The translations under genes were made by a program, and so were the position numbers. DNA of 63,681 bases, the filler included, from Bigelowiella natans CCMP2755 (lineage: Eukaryota; Protista; Cercozoa): NCBI GenBank assembly GCA_000320545.1. It is 8 parts of 8 records of this genome, joined end to end, with 100 filler letters (N's around TTAATTAATTAA, not from the genome) between each part and the next. Parts side by side here need not be neighbours in the genome. Positions count along the whole stretch, not along the records: positions 23,461 to 47,573 come from ADNK01002548.1; 7 more parts are not named here. One strand, 5' to 3'. Every line of letters begins with the position of its first letter. The stretch's first letter is position 1. The notes under the pieces are model-generated. The model was not told the origin of the DNA, ran no database searches, and saw only the letters and a program-made list of their open reading frames with translations. Positions 28,663 to 37,936 of the stretch are shown piece by piece.

Positions 28663-29340
28663 ATGACTCTTGCCACCGAACAATCGGAGGCTCGACAATT
28701 GGCTTTGGCGCTGCGATTGGCAAAAAGATGCGAAGCAGACATGGCTTTAGCGGAAGATTCAAAGCAAATTCATGGCGGCCTTGCTCCGATTTCTCGGAAT
28801 TTGAAGAAGCGTGAGCCCAGATTCAGGATGCTCAAAAGGTCCGGAGGCCCAAAAGTTCCTAGGAAAAACGTGAGGGTTGTTGTGGACCGTGTCATTGGAA
28901 GGCTGCAACGCGCTCTGCGCAGGCATCTGCTCAGAAAAAGAGCCCGATCCTCCACAACGATGCGATGCTGTGGGAAGGAATTCATGGATGTGTTCTCCGG
29001 GCACACAAATGTGTTTTCCAGCCGAAATGAAGATGAACTTGAAGTGTCTTTTGCTGGCAAAAACGTGGAGGAAGTGGGGGGAATGCTTGCTCCCATTTTT
29101 GATGTGCATCATGCCTGGTTTTTGAGACGCTGGCATGGTGATGATGGTGATGATGAGAGAGATTGTGCATTCGTGGAAACAGATCCCAGTGTGAAACAGA
29201 AGACATTCATGACTTTCAAGTGGAAGACTTCCTCCATCGCTCACAATGATCATTCTGGAGCGCTCAGGAAATCCACTGTGAGCAAGCTCACTGTGAGCTT
29301 TCCCAGAGGATGTGAACCCGCAAATGTGTCCAGCGTTTGA
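28663..29340 (+). CDS. Tyr-free ORF divergent from the transposase; candidate accessory gene of the DNA transposon, hypermutated
   Basis: ATG at 28663 (MTLATEQSEARQLALALRLAKR...). Protein-like composition, ~300 bp from the transposase start. Confidence 0.45.
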   Translation: MTLATEQSEARQLALALRLAKRCEADMALAEDSKQIHGGLAPISRNLKKREPRFRMLKRSGGPKVPRKNVRVVVDRVIGRLQRALRRHLLRKRARSSTTMRCCGKEFMDVFSGHTNVFSSRNEDELEVSFAGKNVEEVGGMLAPIFDVHHAWFLRRWHGDDGDDERDCAFVETDPSVKQKTFMTFKWKTSSIAHNDHSGALRKSTVSKLTVSFPRGCEPANVSSV

Positions 29341-30047
29341 TCAGGCCATTGTTGCTTGCCACGTGCGTTCTGCTTCACTTTGACTTGCATGCATTGACAC
29401 AATGACATGCTGTGCACATGATCATGTTTGAAATGCATTGACGACAGCGTGCAGGCACAATGGGCGCAGCAATGGCTAGGCCGGCACAGCAACAGGATGC
29501 ATGCGCAGATCGAGAAGGTCAGCATGCATGCGCGTGCGCCCATGGCGACGATGGGCGCCAAAAATCAAGTTTCAACCTTGCAGTTGTAGCGGAAGCTTCT
29601 GTGGATCACTTCTGAAGGCTTTGTGAGCACTCTCACACCTTGCAGCGTGTGCAGCTGCGCTCGACGCTGGCTCCAACTGCGCGGTGTTCAAAATCGGCGT
29701 TTGTTGCAGAATGACACGTGATGTCCATTTTCAAGGCTCAGTGAGCGCGCAAAGTGTGAAAATTCACACCCGTTGTGCAGAGGATGCACGCTGCGCATTT
29801 GTTCTTTGCCACATTTTGAATGCTTTTGGTGCGCGTGTGTTTGACCAATCTTTGCATGCATGCACGAAAAATTTCAAACAAACTGGCAAGTGCGAGCAAA
29901 TCCAATGTCCATTGTGTGGCGCACACCAGCACAGCGCCACGATGCAGTTTGCCGCCCGACCACGACGAGCCCCCTGTTGGCCTGTGCTGGCCCGACAAGG
30001 CCGCGTGCAAAAGTGCACACGTTGGACACGGCCAAGTGGCGCTCAGC

Positions 30048-30560
30048 GTGTCGCGACGTGGCAAAGTGAAAAGCTCACTCACTTTGCGGAAGTCTCTCAG
30101 GAGTTTCGCGCATCGCGGCACGGCAGCGTGAAAAGCCATGTCGCGACGTGGCAAAGTGAAAAGCCATGCGTCGTTGCACCTGCAACAACGATTCAGACAC
30201 AACTCATCAGAACTCAAAAGTCCAAGTGACGTCAGAACTCAAAAGTCCAAGTGACACATTGAGATCAGAACTCAACTGCACCAGCAAGTGACCAAGCACA
30301 CTCAGAACTCAAACGACCAAGTGACATCAGAACTGGAACTCAAACGTTCAAGTGACAAAGCAACTCAAGGACCAAACAACAATGCAACTCAACGACTCAT
30401 GCGACTTCAGTTCTCAACACGAGACCACATTGCACCACGCCCAATGCTGCAACAATCGACAGCTGCACTCGATGCAGAACGAATCGGTTGCATGCGAGGG
30501 CGCACATTGCTGCAACAATCGACAGCTGCACGTGATGCAGAACGAATCGGTTGCATGCAA
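30048..30560. repeat. Cluster of short direct repeats: 2x tgtcgcgacgtggcaaagtgaaa, several cagaactcaa/ccaagtga units, and a 63-bp-period duplication at 30445/30508
   Basis: Directly visible. Resembles subterminal repeats of a transposon arm. Confidence 0.75.
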
Positions 30561-30850
30561 CAGTGCGTGTGCGTCTCAACTTCAACCCTGCGACACGCGT
30601 GCTTCTGCACACGTGCGCAGCACCTCAGATCCACCGCCGCGGCACGCTGACCGATCAGTGTCACCCATTCCGAAGCACGCAGCTTGCCTTGACGAAGAGT
30701 TCAAGGACAACAGCCCGGCTGCGGCCGTTCTGCATGCGAATGGTTTCAATGCCGCGTCGCATCATCGCACCGCGCCTGCTGCCATGCAGGCAAAGCAAGT
30801 TCAGACAATCAACAAGGACATTGACAGCATGCCAACTCCCACGCAAGCGA

Positions 30851-31174
30851 TGAATGCACAAACCGAAGGCGCGACAATTGTGTGGTCGGTCATGACCACC
30901 AAGCGTGTGCTTGCATTTGTGATGTGGTTTTGTTCCAGTTCAGTTTGGCAGAGTGTGTTGGATGCATGCTGGGGGGACAAAGTGAGTTGGCAAGTTTGGC
31001 ATTTTGGCCCCGCTTGGGCCAGTGCGAAAGTGGTCAGTGAGTTTGGCATTTTGGCCCCGCTTGGATTGCAACTGATCCGTCCGATTGAGTTCGCTGCTGC
31101 CGCACGCCAAAGGATTGAGCGTCTCAGCAGAGAAATGGCACAGCCCCAATGCCCCAATGGCATTGCGCACAACG
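30851..31174 (-). mobile_element. Diverged related LTR (solo or fragment) in inverted orientation; left end uncertain
   Basis: The reverse complement of ~31060-31174 (gttgtgcgcaatgcc...gccatttctctgctgagacgctcaatcc...agttgcaatccaa) aligns to the first ~110 nt of the Gypsy LTR. Confidence 0.65.
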
Positions 31175-31184
31175 TGCAAGTGCG

Positions 31185-31698
31185 TGATGTGCGGCATGCT
31201 GTTGGAGCTGCGCCATTTCTCTGTTGAGACGCTCAACCCTGCAGCAAGCAAGCAGCAGCAAGCTCAATCCTTCAGCTAGACAAGTTGCAATCCAAACATC
31301 CTTCTGCATGGATGCAGCTCAGCTTCAAGGACATCGATCCTTGAAGCACAATTTGGTCATTGGACATCAGTTCAGATGCAGCTCTGGTTGTCAGCGCAGA
31401 CGCAATCCACCGGGAGCCAGCACTCCGTGGATGTGGTCAGCACAGTGCAGTTGGCACGATTTGGCAACGACAATCTTCTGACGGGATGTCGTGGTCCTTG
31501 TCGCAAGGAACAATGTCGCGATCAGCGCCCTTGCGACAGCACATCATGTTGACACGTGCTGACAGCCGAAGCTTCTCGAAAGCTTCGGGAAACAATTCGG
31601 AACATCAATTTGCGCGCCAAATGTTGTCAATGCGCAAACACGTGACGGAAGCAAATCGTGATTGCAATTGAAATGGACAAGTGCCTTCGCGCATTGCA
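31185..31698 (+). repeat. 5' LTR (514 bp)
   Basis: tgatgtgcgg...gcattgca; colinear with 36735-37248. Confidence 0.95.
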
Positions 31699-31701
31699 AA
31701 T

Positions 31702-31719
31702 TGGCTTCCACTCTGGGAA
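31702..31719 (+). promoter_or_regulatory. Primer-binding site
   Basis: TGGCTTCCACTCTGGGAA 3 nt after the 5' LTR, complementary to a tRNA 3' CCA end. Asp-like pattern; tRNA identity uncertain. Confidence 0.7.
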
Positions 31720-31747
31720 AATTTTTTTTGCCCCCCCGGAACCTCCC

Positions 31748-34700
31748 ATGACCCCCATTGACACCGCCGTTGACGCTGCAGTGGCCTTCACGAAAGATCC
31801 CACCGACAGCAAGGCGGTGCAGCACGCCCTCAGCGCCCTCACGCCGAATCCCATCTTTTGCGAGTTGCTTCGTCGGGGTGTGGAGAAGGCTGCGGACGCT
31901 CGCATGTTCAGGGCTCTCAGGTCAATGTTGATTGAGGCCATCCCGGAGGGACAACCTCGCCAAGCTGACGTCAGTGCCACCAACTTGCAACTTTGGCGCA
32001 CCTTCTTCGCTGCGGACAACGGCAACTCGTTGCCCGTGGACGATGCTGATGCTGTCAAGTCCCCCTCTGCTGACAGTGAACGGGGCCAGCAAATGCAACC
32101 TGAAGTCAGAATTGAATCCACGAATGACATCAACAAAGTCAGTGTTGCCCTCCCAAACCAACAAAGTCAGTGTTGCCCTCCCGAAGTTTGATGGCTCGAG
32201 AGGCAAATGTGCTCGTTGGTGGAAGAAGGTTGGAAAGACTTCAGAAAGCACTTGCCCCGGTTTCGACTCGAAGGAAAAGAACCAGTGGTCACCTGTGATC
32301 CGGGGTTGCCTTCAAGGATGCCAAGCGGGTTGCGAGAGACTCGAGCAATGCGAGGATCGAGAACCCAAGTCAATTGGCACGGCAGATGAGTTGGATGTTC
32401 ACCTGCTCATGGAGAAGTTCGTGAAATCTTGCGATCGGAACTCCAAGGACCACTTGCTTCAGGAGTGGCGGGCGCCATCCCAGAATGATCGTGAGCTTGT
32501 CGATGACTTCAAGACTCGCTTCTTCGAATTGGTCGCCGACCCAAAAGAACAAGGTCACGTGATCCCACCTGGTCAACTTCACGATTGCTTTGGGGACGTG
32601 TGCAAAGAGTCCGCTACTTTGCGAATCAAGAAGAAAGAAATCACCGACGTCGATGCAGCTGTGGACCACATTGCGGAAATTGAAGCGAATGCTGTCAAAG
32701 GCACGTCGAAAGGTCCATGCAATGTGCCCCGATCTGATCGAGCCGGTGGAAATGAAGGTGCGAAAGAGACGTTCACCGACAGAAAAGGCAAAGTCAGGTG
32801 CACCTGTTGCTGCGGGTTGAAGCACGGGCAGTCCCAGTGTCATCGCCGCAAGAAAGGGAAACCTGAAATGACGTTGAAAGAGAGAATTGACTCAGAGGAT
32901 CAAAGGGACAAACGCAGGAATGGTCACAATGGGAGAAAGGGAAACTTGAGGGGAAACTCAAACAATGTGTCTCAGGTTCTTCAGCAGCAGGTGGAGAAAC
33001 AGGGCAAAGCGATGAACACGTTGCTCACGATGCTCGGGGGAGGTGAGGAGACTCCGCAGGAGCCGACCCTCCAGGACGCACGTTCTGTGCTTCACGCTGC
33101 ATCACCTTGCGAGGCCGCGGGGCCTCCTCCGGATGCCGCCAATGTCCCGCACGTTGATCCTGTGCCCAGCGCTGAGAATTGCAAACCAGCTTCAGCCCCC
33201 ACCCCGACCCCTTCTCCACAAAGCGCCAACTCTCTTCACGGCAGCCGCAAAGTGTCCATGACGAATGTCGGCTTGCGCAACTCAAAGGGACAGTTTGATG
33301 CCTTTGCTGCCCTCTGGGATTCTGGTGCCATGCCCGAGTCACACGTCAACCTGCACACAGTCAAGGCATTGGGCTTGCAGAGGTTGGTCAAGGTGCATCG
33401 AGAAAATCACAAAAACGCTCAAGACCAGTCGACTTTCTCGACCATCGGTTCCATTGAGCTTGAGGTCAACCTCAATGGTGAGGTTGTGCCTTGCACCTTC
33501 AAGGTTGCCCCTGTTCGTGTGAACATTGTTCTGGGACAGGGATTTTTGGAACCAGTGGGAGGGGTCATCAACGTGGTAAACCACACTGTCACCTGTCTCC
33601 GCTCATCGCGACGCGTCCAGCAACCCATGATTGAAGCATCGGAGTGGAGATCAGTCGGCAACATTGGAGCCAAGGATCACACGAACAGTTTGCCGCCTCC
33701 TGAAGAACACCGCAAGATGCATCCAGGCAAGAACCTGCGCCAGACAGCGGAGATCCTCGAGCGGACTCCGCCGAGCGATGACCTGACGGTCGAGCAGGGG
33801 CGGGAACATGTGAAGCACTTGCTCGATGCGAAATGTGAAAGCATTGCCGTGCCGAGAACTTCTCCTTCTCCGTGCATTCGCCCTGCACGCCTGCGACTTG
33901 AAGAGGGGCACGAGGATGTTGTTGTTGACGTGCCTCCTCGCCCGAGGCTGGACCGCGACTGGGACCGGATCGAGAACCAGGTTGCGGAGTGGGAGCGCCA
34001 AGGGAAAGTGGTCCCCACCACTTCTGCCTGGAACACCCCGCACGTCGTCGCCGCTGAGTCTGCACCCCCTCATTTCAGACCAGCGCAAGATCACAGGAGA
34101 GTCAATGAAGTGTTGGCACCTGTGAAGTTCCCGCTTCACCGGATCGATCTCATCGTCGACGATCTGGCGCGGAAAAAGATCAAATCCATTCCAGATCAGA
34201 TGGAGGCACACGTGCAGACGCCGGTCCACAAGAGAGACCAGTTCATGCTTGCCTTCAGTGCCAGGAAGGGCAAGTGCATGTTCACTGTGCTGCCCCACGG
34301 GATGAAGGTGTCGGGGGACCTGTGCACGCAGCGGAAGTTCGAGATCCAGTCCTCCGATGGCGGTTCCGTCCTCCTGTGGCATTTCACATTTTCACATGTT
34401 GATGATGACGCAGTGGGTGCGGACACGGTTGCAGCACACACTTTTGTTGCACAGTGCATGTTGGACAGGTTCCTGAAATTCGGGACAGTGATCCGTCCGG
34501 AGAAGTGCGAGTGGCTGAAAAAGGAAGTTGTGCATTTGGGTCATTTGGTTGGCGACGGCATTGTGCGCCCTGACCCTGAGAGCCTTGCCGCGTTTGACAG
34601 TCTTCCTGAACGCCCCCCAAACCACAAGGAGTCACGTCGGTTCCTCGGCATGGCCCAGTGGCACCTCAAGCGCTTCGCCCCCGAATGTGCAGAGTGTGCG

Positions 34701-36716
34701 GCCGTCCTGTCCTCCACCTGCAACAGAAAGCCCAACTCGGAAAGTCCTCTCGCGGAAACGTGGAACGCAGCCTGCCAGTCGGCGCATGACAGGATCATCG
34801 ATGTGTGCAAGTCTGACCTTCAGAACAAAGCATTCGATGAATCCTGCCAGTCCTCGCAGGTCTGGTTTGACTGGAGCAAGTTGGGCATCAGTGCGGTGCT
34901 GGTGCAAGATGGTGAGGTGGTCAGGGCATGTGGGCGAGCCTGCAATCCTGCAGAATCTCGCTGCTCCCCCACCAAAGGCGAACTCCTCGCTTTCACCGAA
35001 GCCCAGCTCCACTTCCGTCCCCAGCTCCTCAGTCTGGATGGCTTCCTGATGGTGACGGATCACCGACCGCTCCTGGGTGTCATCAAGAAATTGGATTTGG
35101 ACAATGAGAACCTTGCCTCCCTCAGGGTTGAAACTGAGGAGTTCAGGGATGGGCGGACGCTGGTGTGTGTCAAGGGCGACTCCAATCTGTCGGACTTCTG
35201 GTCAAGAATGTGGCCAAGTGAGAAGGTGGAAGAGGGCTCCCTCACCAACATGGTTTGCAGCATCACCCTTGAGGGTGGCGACTTCAAGCTGCGGAGCGAG
35301 GACCGTCGGGATCTCAGCGTGCGGAAAGAGAAACATGGGTTGGTGCACCAAGTCTCTGATGCGCACGCTGAGGTCAGAACGAAAGATGCACAGAGGATGC
35401 ACGTGCCTGCTCGCAGTCGCCGTTCTCTGCTCCACAGTCTCCATCTCCCTGATCATCAGGGGGAGCACACTCTTGTCCGCAGGCTCCAGCCCCACTGTGT
35501 TCCTGACAAGCAGGAATGCGTGCGGGAGTTTCTGAAGCACTGCACCTGTTGCACCTCTGAGCCGCAGACACTTCTCCGCCGCGAGTCCCCCAAGTCCAAG
35601 CAACAGTCTGTTGTTCAAGCGGACAAGCACTTGGACGTGGTGCAACTAGACGTGCACTCTCATGGGGACCAGAACTGCCTCACGTTTGCGGATGTCAAAA
35701 CGAAGAGGGTGTGGGTCAGGAAGCTCCTCAAGAAGGGCGCCGCGAAAAAGAACAAGGGCGCCCACAAGCGCAAAACACTGGAACAGCATGTGATCTGGGA
35801 GTCCAGCTTGGGCCAGATGCCCAAGCAGTTGCGGATGGATGATGAGGATGCGTTGATCGCTGTCCCTCACAAGAACATCCGCGCCCACCCGGCTTGCCGT
35901 CCCCAGAACAATGGCATCACAGAGAGGGCTCATCAGGAGATTGCACGTCTGTGCAGGTCGATGAATTCGACCCCTGACAAAGCATGCAAGCATCTCCGCG
36001 TCAACTTGGAACCCCTCAAGCCTGTGTTTGAAGCTGGGGGAGGCGAGGAGTGCAAGATGAAGTGTGGGCTAGCTTCAAAGCAAGCTCAGCCGTCAGCCAA
36101 CATTGCCACGGCGTCGGCATGTGACGGCAGGACTCTCGAACCGGGAAGCTTGGTGCTCGTCAAAGTGCACTCCCGCTCCCGGAAGAAAAGCGATCCTGCA
36201 TGGGCAGGACCGTTTGAGGTGCAGAGTCGTGCCTCCACCAAGTCATGTTTCCTGAAGCGCAATGACAGGCTCTCTCACCGTCATGTCGACGATGTGAAAC
36301 CGTTCTCCTTGGCCGACGAGACTTTCAAAGACTCCAAGGTGGACCCTGTTGTGTTCGAAAAAGGGAAAAGCTACTTGGGCAAGATGCCAAAGAGCTTTGA
36401 CGTGAAATGTGAGAACCTGAATGCGGACTGCTCCAGGGACTGGAAAGGTGAGACCGTGTGGTTGGGATGTCCGGGAGGGGAAGAGCTTGAACGAGTTGTG
36501 TCCAAGTTGAAGCTGCGAGGCTTCAAGTCAGCCGTGCTCGTCGTCCCCGAAGTTCCCTTCCGCAATTGGCACACCACGTTAGAGGGCATTCGGAACGCCC
36601 GTTGGTGCGGAGTGGAGCCTGGAGATGAACACCAGTTTTGGGTGGACTCTTCGGGCCGCCCCCACTGCAAGCCCCCTGTTGCTTGGTGGGTTGTGAGGAC
36701 AGCTGGCAAAGGGTGA
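31748..36716 (+). pseudogene. gag-pol polyprotein, missense-riddled and frameshifted by a 28-bp duplication at 32131-32186
   Basis: Zinc knuckle CTCCCGLKHGQSQC; protease ALWDSGA; RT QDHRRVN, LPHGMK, SHVDDD; RNase H VWFDWS, GELLA, VTDHRPL, SDFWSR; integrase H-H-C-C, QLDVH, RMDDE, PQNNGITERAH, WAGPFEV. Confidence 0.92.
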
Positions 36717-36726
36717 ATTCGCGTCT

Positions 36727-36734
36727 GGGGGAGG
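36727..36734 (+). promoter_or_regulatory. Polypurine tract
   Basis: GGGGGAGG immediately before the TG of the 3' LTR. Confidence 0.8.
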
Positions 36735-37248
36735 TGATGTGCGGCATGCCATTAGAGCTGCGCCATTTCTCTGTTGAGACGCTCAACCCTGCAGCAAGTG
36801 AGCAGCAGCAAGCTCAATCCTTCAGCTAGACAAGTTGCAATCCAAACATCCTTCTGCATGGATGCAGCTCAGCTTCAAGGACCGATGTCCTTGAAGCACA
36901 ATTTGGTCATCAGACATCAGTTTAGATGTAGCTCTAGTCATCAGCGTAGACGCAATCCACCGGGAGCTAGCACTCCGTGGATGTGGTCAGCACAGTGCAG
37001 TTGGCACGATGTGGCAACAACAATCTTCTGACGGGATGTCGTGGTCCTTGTCGCAAGGAACAATGTCGCAATCAGCGCCCTTGCGACAGCACATCATGTT
37101 GACACGTGCTGACAGCCGAAGCTTCTCGAAAGCTTCGGGAAACAATTCGGAACATCAATTTGCGCGCCAAATGTTGTCAATGCGCAAACATGCAACGGAA
37201 GTAAATCGTGATCACAATTGAAATGGACAAGTGCCTTCGCGCATTGCA
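36735..37248 (+). repeat. 3' LTR (514 bp)
   Basis: Direct repeat of 31185-31698. Confidence 0.95.
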
Positions 37249-37936
37249 TGCGCACATCGCAGATGTTTCGGATGCTGCACATCTCACGATGCACAGGAGC
37301 ATGCATGCGCTTTGTTCAATGTGAAAAATTTTCAGAATTTTTTTCGGCGTCTGCACTGTTCTGCAGATCACATGTCGCATGTCCATCATTTTGTGACCGG
37401 GTTTGCCTTCCATCAATGTGCACACTTGCGCGCATTTTGAGTCATGCATGACCATTGGCAGCAAATTGGAAAAAACGGTCGCAGCCGGCAAGCGGGGCAA
37501 TCAGTTAATGAATTCGGTTGCGATTTTTGCCAAAGAGCAGGCACAAGGCATGGTTTCATCTGAGACATGGTTTCATGTTGGAATTGCCTACATTGACACA
37601 TGTCTCTAGGCATTCCCTTTGATTTGCAAATCATGCAATTAGAGCAACAAAAGGAAAATGTAAATGTGCATGTTGACACTGTCTGTCTAGACAACCGCCT
37701 TAGTAACGGAAATGACGTAAAAATTTCGTATATTTTCGAATAAATTATGTCATGTGCATCTGGTTAGAGTAACCCAAAAGATATTATTGTAGAAATATAG
37801 TGCTTCTTATCTGATTTAAGTAAATTCGCCGATGTAATCTGTGTATGCGTAGCATCAACGAATGACAACGAGTTGTAGCAAAATGATCTAAAAACCAATC
37901 CATGACTCGTATTTAGTCCCCCTTCTTCTGATAAAG

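Larger units (their letters stand above)
31185..37248 (+). mobile_element. Complete Ty3/Gypsy LTR retrotransposon with 4-bp TSD TGCG
   Basis: Paired TG...CA LTRs, TSD tgcg at 31181-31184 and 37249-37252, PBS, PPT, and Gag-PR-RT-RH-IN domain order. Confidence 0.95.
24600..37700. mobile_element. TpA-depleted nested transposon island (DNA transposon + LTR fragment + full Gypsy element)
   Basis: TA dinucleotides are nearly absent and TG/CA/TGCA/CATG are in excess. No (TA)n microsatellites. Tyr-free ORFs occur in all frames. Confidence 0.9.

Noticed and set aside
30200-30400. CRISPR-like array (cagaactcaa...ccaagtga units)
   Set aside because: Degenerate, irregular units without unique equal-length spacers; eukaryotic context with no cas genes.
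29684-31227. Long ORFs (181 aa, 291 aa) as genes
   Set aside because: They run through direct repeats and an inverted LTR; explained by stop-codon erasure.
31748-36716. Alternative genetic code or natural Tyr avoidance
   Set aside because: TA loss is frame-independent, includes non-coding LTR and flank DNA, and neighbouring host genes use Tyr normally.
31185-37248. ADAR-type RNA editing of the retroelement
   Set aside because: Both A>G and T>C occur on the same strand, the LTRs differ from each other, and a DNA transposon and flanks are equally affected.
24600-37700. CpG methylation decay or classical RIP as the cause of TG/CA excess
   Set aside because: CpG remains common, RIP would increase TA, and conserved Tyr/Leu positions polarise the change as TA>TG/CA.
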